Origin: Podarcis cretensis
Taxonomy: Eukaryota
Direction: 5' to 3'
Length of the DNA stretch: 64,000 bases
Assembly: GCA_951804945.1 (NCBI GenBank)
Contig: OX638164.1
Span: 7,564,001-7,628,000, forward strand
Part shown: piece by piece, positions 34,183 through 46,300 of the stretch
Layout: every line of letters starts with the position of its first letter
Position numbering within the stretch: the first letter of the stretch is position 1
Made by a program: the position numbers and the translations under genes
Notes under the pieces: model-generated
Told to the model about the DNA's origin: nothing
The model's input: the letters and a program-made list of their open reading frames with translations, nothing else
Databases searched by the model: none

Positions 34183-35766
34183 TGTGATATTTATGAGTAG
34201 GCCTGTACTGTAAGACTCTGATCTGTGTGAGTCGGAGGCGGAGAAAACCCAGGCGCTTCCCATTATTGTTAGACTACAACTCCCATCTTCCCTGACCACA
34301 AGGGTTGGGCCCCAGGAGAGCTGGAGTCCAGCAACATCTGCAGATCCACAAGTTCTCCTCCCCTGTGTGTTTGTAGAAGAGACTCCGACACATTTCTACA
34401 TTTCCCTTTCAGATCTGGGCTGGGACGTCTGTGTCTAATCAGCCGCCTGGTTTCTTCGCCACCCGCTGCTTATGTGGCTTTCTAATGCGTCTCGATTTCT
34501 GAATTTCATCCAGGTGGTGTCACGGATTTCTTCCTTTCTTTTTTTTTTGCGGCTGGCCTCCTTTCTCGCCTTGCGTTTCCTGGAGGTTTGTTTTTAATTA
34601 CTCGCCGAAGCGAGCCTGTGCCAAACACACACTCTTTCTCTCCCTGTATTTAAACACGTATGCCGTATATAGGCCAGAAAGGTAAATCCAACTATGAAAG
34701 GATCGGGGCGGCGGAAGGAGGAGGGGGGAGGGGAGGTGCTTGGAAGAGCTGAGTGACCCTTTGCAAGGGGATCAATAGCCACCATCGCACCCTCTGGCCT
34801 TCTTTTGAGCTGTGTTGTGCAGCCTCCGCTGTCAGCTCGTCCGTAGCTGCAGTCGATTCCCCACACCCCACCCCTTCCTTTTCGATGGAAGTAGCACGTC
34901 CCTGGTGGATTGCCACAGGCAAGGAGCTCCGGTTTAATGGGGCATCTCCTCCTCAGAGTAGCATCATCAGCATATTTCCGGGGGTATGGGAATGTGGATC
35001 TGAGTGCCTGTATCAGTAGGGGGTGGGGGGATAAAAGGACGCCACCCGTCTCAAATCTGCAAGGCAGATTGCAAAACAAGGAAGATGTATGTGCCAGCCT
35101 CCTTCTGCATTTTATTTTTTTTTTGGCTCCGCGCTGCCATTTCAAGTCGATTTTGTAGCGTTTGTTTTAAGACTCTGCTTCTCCTTCCCACCTCCCACAG
35201 AGGTGAAGTCGGTACACTGCAGTCATAGGAAAGATGCCACCAGAGAATACAGAACTGGCACTGTGTGGAAGGGAATCCTTTCAAGAAGCGCTGCTGAAAT
35301 GCAGCCACAATGCAGCAGAAAAGCAGCAAACGGGGGGAAAACAATGGAAAGCTTTGCAGATCAGTGGCTTAGCTGCTGGTTTTGTTTTGTTTTAAGAAAA
35401 GGTATTCCAGAGAAAAATATAAGTTGCAAGAGCACGGCGGGGAAAATTAGATGGTGGTGATGGTTACCGTTGCCAACTTTTTAATTGCCCCTGCTCCTGT
35501 GTCTTCAAGAGTGGACTGAACACAAAACAAACAAACCTTTAGCAGGCAAAGCGTTTCCTAACAGGGGATCTAGGGATAAAGCGATGTGAGGAAACTTCAC
35601 CTGCTTAATGTTTGCACAACAGCCTCCCCATCTCTCCTCCCCCACCTCTTTCCCCCTTTTCTTCCTAATGTCTCAACAAATGAAACGGATTTGCAAAAAT
35701 ATTACATGGGGGGGGGGGGAATACGAGAGAGACATTGCACACACTTTTGTAAATCAAGAAAATCTT

Positions 35767-35819
35767 TAATAATAATAATAATAATAATAATAAGAAGAAG
35801 AAGAAGAAGAAGAAGAAGA
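35767..35819 (+). repeat. Compound microsatellite (AAT)n(AAG)n
   Basis: Seen directly in the sequence. Confidence 0.9.
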
Positions 35820-36480
35820 CGACATAGGCATAGGAGGAAAAGGGGCAACCTTAGGTATCCCTTGAAATATTACCAATTCCTGCAGGGTTTAACACGAATC
35901 TGTTCTCCAGCCCAGGGACTTCCTGCCCCCAACTCAGCCCACCCCAGCTAGGACTTCACTATGAAATATGTGAAGAAAAATTAAGATTGCCATTTTATTT
36001 ATTGCCTGCTGCTTTCTTTATTGGCTTTAAAAACAAGAATACTATGTGCATTTATTTGTCACCTTGTATATTTATTTATTTGTTCTGGGGACATCAAGGT
36101 GATTTATAGTAAAATCAGTCAGTAAGCGGTCAATATATGTACTTCAGTAAGAGCAAGAAGGTTGTTTTCAGTGGACCAGTTCTACACAAATAGATCCTGT
36201 TAATAGATCCATGTTATACATGCCCATTTATTTCAGGTGGTTGTATTCCCCCTCTGCCCTGCTTAGCACAGACTTGATGACATGAATGGACCAAAGTTGG
36301 CCGTCTCCATTAATTTCAATGGGTCTACTCCAAGTGTGACCAACACCGCATATGACTCAAAAGTGTCTACTTTGAATAGGGCAGGCATTGGATACAAGCC
36401 AATAAATATAAAATACACACCCACAAAACTACAAACAACCCCCCTTTTTTTTTTTAAGCCCCCATAGTAACAGCCTATAA

Positions 36481-36830
36481 GGGACGCGGGTGGCGCTGTG
36501 GGTAAAAGCCTCAGCGCCTAGGGCTTGCCGATCGAAAGATCGGCGGTTCGAATCCCCGCGGCGGGGTGCGCTCCCATTGCTCGGTCCCAACCTAGCAGTT
36601 TGAAAGCACCCCCGGGTGCAAGTAGATAAATAGGGACCGCTTACTGGCGGGAAGGTAAATGGCGTTTCTGTGTGCTGCGCTGGCTCGCCAGATGCAGCTT
36701 TGTCATGCTGGCCACGTGACCCGGAAGTGTCTGCGGACAGCGCTGGCCCCCGGCCTCTTGAGTGAGATGGGTGCACAACCCTAGAGTCTGTCAAGACTGG
36801 CCCGTACGGGCAGGGGTACCTTTACCTTTA
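36481..36830 (+). mobile_element. Sauria SINE
   Basis: Head GGGACGCGGGTGGCGCTGTGGG, ACCTTT tail, TSD TAGTAACAGC(C/T)TATA. Confidence 0.9.
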
Positions 36831-37385
36831 GTAACAGCTTATATGCAAAATTTTCACTTCCACAATACATGTAGAAGATACTCCAATATGCTAAATAATA
36901 TGAATATGAATATGCTGCCCATCAGACTGGGTTTCCCCCGCCACTCTGGGTGGCTTCCAACAGAATATATATAAATTTTTTTATGGTATATCAGACACTG
37001 AAAGCTTCCTGAAGCAGGGCTGCCTTCAGGTGTCTTCTAAAATTCGTATAATTGTTTCACTCTTTGACATCTGACGGGAGGATGTTCCACAGGGCGGGCA
37101 CCTCTACCGAGAAGGCCATCTGCCTGGTTCCCTATAACTTCACTTCTCACATTGGACCGGTGTTATGTGGTCCCGGCGGTTGCTACCAAGCACCAGTCTG
37201 GCAGCCACATTCTGGATTAACAGAATATGTAACAGAGCCCATTCCCCCAACTCCCTGATCAAACTGGGTTCTTGATCCATCCTTCTCTTCTGTGCATGCA
37301 GCCCCCTTGCAATGCAAGAATATGCAGCTGTCCCATACGGGGATCGAACCTGCAACCTTGGAATTATCAGCACCATGCTCTAACC

Positions 37386-37520
37386 CAGTGTTTCCCAACC
37401 TTGTGCCTCCAGCTGTTTTTGGACTACAATTCCCATCATCCCTTGCCACTGGTCTTGCTAGTCAGGGATATGGGAGTTGTAGTTCAAAAACAGCTGGAGG
37501 CACAAGGTTGGGAAACACTG
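37386..37520. mobile_element. Palindromic hAT-type MITE inserted into a tRNA-headed SINE (-)
   Basis: Near-perfect inverted arms; exact 8-bp TSD CTCTAACC. Confidence 0.88.
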
Positions 37521-38094
37521 CTCTAACCAACTGGGCTGTGCAGATACTGGTGACTTTTCTTCCCGAGGGAAGCTCTTGGGTGGAGGACAAATACATTGAG
37601 TTATTTATTTATTTATTTATTTAAATTAAAATTCTGATGTTAAGCCAAACCGAGTGTGACCTGTATATATCACTGATGAGACATACCTTTGGCCCTCCAG
37701 ATGTTGTTGGGCATGGACTCTTATTGGCCTTAACCAGCATGGCCAAGGATCACAGGGTGATAGAAGTTGAACATCTGGAGTGCTGCAGGCCCTCCACCCC
37801 AGGGAAATGATGTAAGGGGGTTAGCTAATCTCATGGGAGGGTAGGTTGCTCAATGGCTAGGAGCTGTCATAACGAAATGGAACCTCCAGGTTCAGAAATA
37901 GTATACCATAAGGCGGGGGGAAGCAATCGGAAGAGGGCTGTGGGTTTTACATCCTGCTTGTGGTCTTCCTGAAAGAATCTGGTTAGCCATTGTGGGGAAA
38001 CGGGACCTTTGGTCTTACCCAGCAGGGCTCTAAAGTTATATATATATCTCCTCCGTGAAGGAGAACAGACTATGTATTGACTGCTTTGGTTTCT

Positions 38095-38379
38095 TTTTTT
38101 CTTTTTTAAATAGTAAATGTTATTAGTATTTTCCGCATAACAAAAAAGAAAAAGAAAAATAACAATACACAAAACACAAGCAAATAAAAAACAAATCCAA
38201 ATCTTACAAATTAATAATATAAACACTAAAAAGGAAAACGAACATTGACTTCCACCAATCCCACAGCACCTCATTTACCTCTCATTGTATCTTCCTGTTT
38301 TCCTTATCATCTCTATCCTAACATCTAGATATAAATTCTTCTTATCCTTTCACTTCACAAGGTTATTCCAGACTCAGCC
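38095..38379 (-). mobile_element. Short LINE (L1-like) 3' UTR insertion
   Basis: Poly-T start on the + strand; 16-bp TSD GACTGCTTTGGTTTCT (38079-38094 and 38380-38395). Confidence 0.7.
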
Positions 38380-41300
38380 GACTGCTTTGGTTTCTGAAGT
38401 TTTCTTGAACATTGTCAACAGGTTTATTGAGCAAACTTTGCCCCTTTAAGGGTAAAGATATACCTTGTTGAATTCTTTTTCTGTGTTTTCAGGATCCCGT
38501 TTTGCCTGTGAATAGGTGGTTGCATGGCTTTCATTACTAGAACAATGCGTGAAAATGCCATTGGTGCTTGGATAGAGACTAGCTGATGATGCTTAACTTT
38601 GCAGTTCTTCTTAGGGGAATTGAGTATACTATTCCAAGGCTTATAAATACTATTCTTAGGGTTTAAGCCTTTTTTTTTTTTTTGAGGGGGCAGGGACACG
38701 CAAGGACCTTTAAAAATTACATTTTTTGCAGGTCCACAAATAGTTCAACTCCTTGCCCAGGCACAAACCTCACTGGGTGACCAAAAGCCTGTCGCTGTTT
38801 CTTAGCCTAACCTACTGTACTGGGGTTGTTGTGATGATGACATCAGGAGAGGAGGGAGTGAGCCATGTATGCCGCTTGGAGCTCTTTGGAAGAATTGTGG
38901 GATACAAAAGTAATCATAAAATAAACTAGTGACTTTTGTTACGGGCTATTAACTTCAGCGGACTTCTTGTGAGGTTGTACTATTTCATAGCATGATAGCC
39001 CATTGTGTGCCCCATCTACAGTATAAGTGATGGTACCTAGGGCAGAGATGGGGAACATGTGTTTCCCCCAGATGTTGCTAGCACAGCCCAAGTTTAGGGG
39101 TGATGCGAATAGTATTCCAAGTAGAGTTTGGAGGGCCACAAGTTTCCACACCCCTTGACATAGTTATATGGTGATAATGTATCCATCGTTTTCTTTGTTT
39201 CCAAAGTTAAAACCACTCTCAAGGCAGCTTGTGCAACCCATAAAAAATGTCATAACTACAAACCTAAAAAAAAGTCATAAACAATGAACAAAACTTCAAA
39301 AAGTACAAATCTAACAATTCCACACAAATAATAAGATCCAAAATAAAGACACATATTGTAATCAGGATGCTGGAAACTTCCTTAAGAGGCTGACTTTGAG
39401 TTGCAGGATGAGAGTTTTCCATTCTATATCCTACATATTTTTTAAAGAAAACCTCTGGGAACTGTAGGTTACCCACCCACCACACAGAGCAGCCTTAACA
39501 AACTATAGTTCCCAAGATTCTCTGGGGGAAGTCATGTGCTTTAAATGTATGGTGTGTACCGGGTACACAACCTGAGTGGCATTCGCCTAAAGAGTAGGGC
39601 TGTAACTGTTTTGTTGATCTGTTAATCAGTTAAACACTATGTGACCAATTAAACAGTCATCTTGTCCCCTGGCTAATTGACCAGCAGATATTTTTAAAGA
39701 CAACAGCAATCAACTGTTAATTGCTGCTTCTACTAGCAAACTTAGGTGGTGAGTACCACCAGCAGGATGGTAGCCCCAAAGTGGCTACTGTGATTGAAGC
39801 AAGAGGGAAGTGGAAACCTGCTCAGGGGATCCCCAAAGATTTGGAGTGGGGAAAATCTAAGTGAGCTAAAAACAGCCCACAAAGGACTGATCATGCTCTG
39901 TAGCAACAGAATGCAGAGTTGGGGAGTAGATTTTCTGCTTGGAGGGAACAGCTGGCTAAGAAACCTGAACAGGAACATGTTTAGAAGGACGGCAACAGTG
40001 CAACGTTTTGGCAGAGCAGGCCCCAGGTTCAATTCCAGGTAGAGCTGGAATACTCCTTGTCTGAAATGCTGGAGAGCCACTGCCAGTCAGTGCAAACAGT
40101 ATTGGGCTAGAGGCACCAAGTGCTCTGACTCTGTCTAAGGAAGCTTCCCATGTAAGTAAGATGTCAAGCAGGTGGGGGCTGTCCAAGGGCAGACCGAGTT
40201 TGGTGGGGCAGAGCCCAGCCACTATTGACTAGCTAACTTTTGACCAGATTCAGATGCTTTTGCTCTGGGGTTGGGGTGATTCTATATTTTCCAACCACAA
40301 CCCAGTACTACTTTCTGTTCATTTGATTTCTGGGGCATTTTATAAAGAGGTGTAGGCCTTTCCAAAGAGCGAAACACAATGGGTAGTTAACTTCCGAGTG
40401 GGTCTTGATTGAGTGAACCATGTTTCCATAGGATGTTGAGTAGGGTTGCCAGATATCTCTTATTCTAGGATACCCCCGTTTGCATACTAAATAAACTTTA
40501 GAGATTCTGTTACTGTGCCATAACCTTTCACAGACAATGGCCTTGATTGTATGGGTGGCTGGAGAATAGATGAAGTAGAGAGAATCAAATAAAGAAGCAA
40601 AAACTATAAGAATACACACATGGTCGAGTTAATAGAATCAATATACTGCATGCCATAGATTAAGACCATTGTTTATGAACAGTTTAAAAAACCAATACTG
40701 CCAAATAATTTGGCAATTATATGCAATCATTTATTAATAACTTGGTACCACATATGTTGAATTGCTTTCTAGACTCTGTGTAATCCTAAACATCTTTTAC
40801 TGAGTAGGAAATTCCATTAACGTTACTCGAAGTTAACTTCCAAGTTCATTTAGGATTGGATTGGAGTCTGCCACAATCCTATGCAAGTCTGGGAGTACGT
40901 TTTTAATGGTGGTTTTATGCTGAAGAATGTTTTATGCTTAAGATATAAGTATCTTAATAAATAAATTGAACTTTCTTCAGAGTAAACATGCAGGATTCTG
41001 CTGTTGACCTGACAAATTGTACTTCAGATTAGAATAAGGAAACCCTACAATACTAAAGAAATCTGTACAGGGTTCTGTATATGTAAGTTAGCTGTAAGTC
41101 ATATCGCATTAGATGAGGCTCTCACCCAAGTGCTACACAGGGCAATCCTAAGCTTACTCAGAAGAAAGCCACATTACTTTAAATGGGACTTACTCCCATG
41201 TAAGTCCTTTTAGGATTGCAAGCTTAGATGGTGTAAATGGCAGGATTCTTTTTTTGCAGGATGCAACTTTCTAAACTTCCCCAATGTTGCAGTTTTGAAT

Positions 41301-41699
41301 TTTAGGCTGGGGATTTGAGCTTGACATGGAAGAGTTACCCTGCTCTGCTTGGTCTCATTATTTGTGAATGGTGACATTGATTTCAGAACATTGTAACAAG
41401 CTAATTATGCTTTGAAAGGCAAACGAGAAGCCCATTTGATAAAATAATTCCTATTGTCATCTTGTGTGTGTGGTTGGGTTTTATTTTGCGTATGCCTTTG
41501 TCTTTGGGGAGATTTCTCCCCGCTAAGCAACACCTATTATACATATTTGTGTGAAGGAGGTTTTTGTGGATTTTAATACTTCTCAGGGAAAAATGGAATT
41601 CCTCCACTCCCAGATGCTGTTTTTGACAGGAATTCCTCTTCCCTGCTTTTCAACCTCACAGGACACTCTGTTTGGCTTTATTTTTAAAAAAAGTGAGGG

Positions 41700-43320
41700 C
41701 GGGACGGGGAATAGCCTTGGTGACCAGCCCGGGCCTTCACCCTCAGCCCTCTCTCCTCCATCTTCTCACAGCTCAAAAAAGGCTCAAACGCTTCTCTCTT
41801 CCTCCCCCCCCCCCCCACGCCCCGCGCTTCAGCAGCCTGAGGAGAGCGGGCCGTCCCATTCCGCGCCTCCGCGGGGGTGCCCTCCTCACCACCCTCGCCT
41901 CGCGCCTCCCCCCCGGGCTCCCCTTCACCCCTCTCTTCCCCGCACCGCACCGGAGCTCAGCCCCCCTGGGGCCAGGGCGCGGAGGAGCGGGGTCCCCGGC
42001 TCCCCATCCGGCTCCGCCCTCTCCCTTCTCCCCGCCGAACCCCCCTATTCGGGGTGATGGTACGGCCCGCGGGTTAGCGGAAGCGCGGCCGCTGTGGCGC
42101 TGCCATGTTGAGCAGCCTCCTCCTCTCCACCTCCTCCTCCTCCTCCTCCGCCGCCGCCGCCGCCGCAGCAGCCCCAGCCGCCGCCGCTTGTGCTTTGTTG
42201 TCGGCTCCATGTAGTTGGGGGCCCGGGGGAGGGAGGAGGGGAGGGGGGCGGGCGGGGGAGAGAGAGAGAGAGAGAGGGGAAAAAAAAAGAGAGGGAGAGG
42301 GAGGCGAGCAGGCAGGAAGAGCGAGCGGGCGCTGTGAGGAGCCGCAAAAAGACCAGGCCGCCGGGCCTGAGGAGAGAGAGGGAGGCACCATTTATATATA
42401 TATATATATATCTATATCTTATAACTCTTATCTATCTATATACAGAAGGCACAATTTTTTATTTTTTTTTAAACATATATATATATATATAACCTTCCGT
42501 ATTCCCGGCTGCCGCCGCCGCCGCTTCCAAAGCCATGGAAGCCAATTGGACCGCGTTCCTCTTTCAGGTGAGGGGAGAAAAGACGACCACCCTCTTCAAA
42601 AACCAACACCCCCCCCCGCACCGCGCGCGCACTTCTGAAAAGCCCCCCCCCTCCTTAAATGTCCCCGCCTCTCCCTCCCCCAATCCCCCCTCCCTCCCTC
42701 CCGCCCGCCCGCGCTTGCCTGCCTCCCCCCCCCCGCGCAACCCTCCCCGCCAGGCCCTGATTCTTCTTGCAAAGGGCCGGCTCGCTCTGTCAGCAGCAGC
42801 GGCGGCGGCGGCGGGCGACCCCCCCCCCCGGCTAGAATAGCCGTGCGCGAGGGGGGGGGGCGGAATAGCGGGAGGGAGGGAGGGAGGAGAATGTAGCTGC
42901 TCTCTACGGCGCTGTGGGAGGCCGGCTATAGCGCGCTCGCTCTCCCTCTTTCTCTCTTTTCTCCTCTCTCCCGCACCTTCCCTCCCTCCCCCCCCCCCCC
43001 GCAGCCGCCTGCGTCCGAAACAGCAGCCCCGCCACTACCGAAAAACAAACACAAACCTGTTTTGCGGAGGTGGCTTTCCTCTCCCCCCCCCCAATACTTT
43101 GCTGGCTGGTGTTTTTTTGTGTGTGTGTCCATTTTTTCTTCCCAAAGAAGGAGGAATTCGAGCTCTCTCTTTTTTTAATTTGGGGAGTGGTGGCTGCCCT
43201 CCGCTCTCCCGTCTACTCATCGTATTTGCTCAGATATTGGTGGCCGAGGTTGCGTTTTTTTAAGGGGACCATCCAGTGTTTTCTCCCCCGCCATTGAGCT
43301 AGAGTCCCCCCCCCCCCAAT
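41700..43320 (+). promoter_or_regulatory. VEZF1 CpG-island promoter and 5' UTR
   Basis: CpG/GC-rich with poly-C/G runs and (CCT)n/(GCC)n repeats. YY1-like GCCATGTT near 42102. Surrounds VEZF1 exon 1. Confidence 0.85.
42535..42567 (+). CDS. VEZF1: VEZF1 coding exon 1
   Basis: Kozak GCCATGG. Reads MEANWTAFLFQ, the VEZF1 N-terminus. Donor CAG|GTGAGG. Confidence 0.95.
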
Positions 43321-46300
43321 CTTGGGCTCATATCGGTGGCTTTTAAGGGGAACAAAACCTGTTCCCATATATATAATTGTACTTCTTGGTGCTTCTGTGC
43401 TTTTTCCTCATCTTGTGCTCAAGTATCCGTGCTCCTTTATATGTTAAACTCCTTGACACATTAGTTTTTCTTTCTCCCCACCCCACCGGATTTTTCTACT
43501 GATATATATATGTGTGTGTGTGCTCTTAGTTCTTTTTTATGTTCTAATTGTTTACGATTTTAATTAATCTCCCCTCCCCTTGTATATCCCTCTCCTCACT
43601 CGCATTTTCAGCTGCTGCATTCTTTGGCTCCCCCCAGTTCTTTAGGACTCATTTACTAATTTTCCCTCTTTCCTCCATGAGCTTCTCTGTGCACTCTCTC
43701 TCTTGCTCCTTCCCTTGCCACCACATTTTCTGCTGCATTCTTTATTCCAACTCCCTCCAGTTCTTTAGGATGTTTAACTAACTGCCTCCTATGAGATTCT
43801 CTGTACACCCTACTTTCTTCTCTCCCCTCAACTCTTTTTGCATTTTTCATCTCGTCCCCTACCCCGTGTTTAATTGGGAATCTTAAATTATTTTTCTCTC
43901 CTCGCTCCCACAATGGAAAATAGGATTTTCTGCATACTTTTCATTCACTTCAATCTCCTCTACATCTTGTGTTTTTGAGCTGCTTATTTTTCTCCCTCAA
44001 TACTTCTGCTGCTTTGGGACTCCTTAACTAATCCTTACCATGTCCTCTCTACCCCCTCTAAAGATTCTCGACACCTTTTACTCCCCAGGCTCCTAGTAGT
44101 TTTTGGTCTGCATTATTTCTCTTGTCCCAAGATACTTTTGCTGCCTTTTATTATTAAAAATAAGTGGTGACTCCCTCCCCCTTGCCCCATTTATTTTGCT
44201 TTTATGTTTTCTTTGGTGCTTTATTTGCATTTATCCCCCCTTTTACTCCCATCATCGGCACTTTCCCTTTAGTCTTTTAAGGTGCAATAGGGCCTTATGT
44301 CTGTATGTGTGTGTTCTGAAACTAACGGCTACTCTGGAATTTCTTACTTTGTAAGTTGCTGCTTTTTGGCCGCCCTTACCCCCAGCATGTTACCTTTAAC
44401 TGTTCCCTCTCTTTTTTTAACCATGTTTTTGGTGGTGCCAGTTTTACTGATTTTTCATTCTTTTTCTGTCCTGCAAATCATTGATCTTTTGACCCTCCTT
44501 ACTTTGGCTTGTGGAATTCTGTATTCCTCCCCTTCTTTGCCCTCTTCTGTTGTTTTCCAGTTTTGAACTGAGCTACTAATTCTTGTTCCCTAAACAATTA
44601 TGCTCTTCCACCTTTTGCAACTTTGTCCTCCCATTTTTACTACTTTTTTTGCCCTCATATTTTTCTATCTGCTGTGCCTCCTGGTTCCTTTTCCCTCTTT
44701 CTGCTCCCTCTACCTTTTTTCTTTGTTTCCCCCCAGTTTTTACCATGTACTTTTAAAGCATATTTTTTCTTTAAAGATTTATCACTTTCTCCAGTTTGTC
44801 CTGTTTCCTCTCCCTTTTTTCTAAAGATGTGTATTCACATGTTTCATTTCCTCTTAGCCCATTCTTCAAAAAATTGTCACTTTCTCTACCCTTTTGTTCT
44901 GCTCTCCTACTTTAAATTACTATTCTCTTCTCCCTTATTCTGTTTCCTCTCTGTTACTCTGTCACATAAAGCCCTTCTACTTACCCCCTGGGTTTTTACT
45001 ATTCTTCTGTTAGGAAAGTAGTCCACTGTCTCCTGAAAATTATTTCTAAGTGGTTCTTTGGGCAAGTCTTAAGGACAAATTTTATTTTAATTTCCACGCC
45101 TAACCCTCATTCTTGGGATATAGGTCAGGAATCCCCTTACCTGCATGTGGAATCAAATACTGGGCTTCTTTGAGGAGAGAGCATGTTGATAATGTAGCTG
45201 GAATTTGTTGACTTAATAAGAAAATGTTGGGACAAACCATTTGGAGTGGGGGCAGGATATGTTCAGGTCCTAATCAATTTACTAGTCTGCAGTTTTGATT
45301 TCAAAGAATACTTGCCCATGATAATTTTCGAGGGATTGCTCTCTAAAACCAGGGCCTGAGTGAATGATGAACATGTCTTCTATTAAGCAGCTCTCCTTGC
45401 TTTAACCCCTTTGAAAAACAAAACTCCCATTAACTGCTTTTTCTTAAAAAGATGCCAGAATAATGTAGTCAAAATGATGCCTTATAGCCTACAACTTGAG
45501 TCACTTAAAAGCATTAATATTCTGTAAGGAATGCAGCATGCCAAGCTACTTCCTCCTTAAATCTACAATCCAAGTGAGACCCTAGATTACAAACCATTCC
45601 CCTTTTTTAGCTTGGAAAAAGTAAACTAATTACAATACCTCTTCTCCCCCTCTTTCTTGAAGGTAAAATAATCCTCTCTGCAAATTACAAGTCTGCGTCA
45701 TTTTCCCACTGAGTCTTCTGTTCTCTTTAAAATACAAAGCATGACTCCAGTTTGAAAACATGAAGCGAAGGAATAAATCTGAGGCAAATGCACTGCAGTC
45801 TTTCTCTTCTAAAGGAAAATAGTCACCCAAGTACAAAGATGAGTCATTCGCTTAGGTGCCCAGTCTTTGGATGCAGGCTTAAAAAATCCTCTTGAAAACA
45901 GAATCTGTTTGAGCTTGTGATAACTAAGAGCTCTTGTGTGACTTTTATCTTTGAATACAAGGAATGAAATGTTTTACCATAGGCAGATTCTAGCAGTGAT
46001 ACATCTGCAGTCCAATGATGGGTTTGATTATTTTCCCTGTTTAGAGATTTGAACATTGTTAATCTCCTTAGTGAATCATAGGTTATAAGATACATTTTTT
46101 CTTCTCTTTACCAACCTCTACTCCCTTGGCTTCTTTCCATAATAACCACTTGAAGGAATGATTATTGTGAAAATATATGTTAGGACCTTAATGGCTGTCT
46201 CACAGTTATATTTGTACTTCACTTGGCTTTTACTGCTTAGCTAAATAATTTGGTACAGTATTTCAGAGTTGGGGTAAAAATTAATCTTATAAGGAGGTCA

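Noticed and set aside
41551-42840. Many long ORFs on both strands around the VEZF1 promoter
   Set aside because: Low-complexity GC-rich shadow ORFs. Only the 42535 exon and the ATG-initiated uORFs have support.
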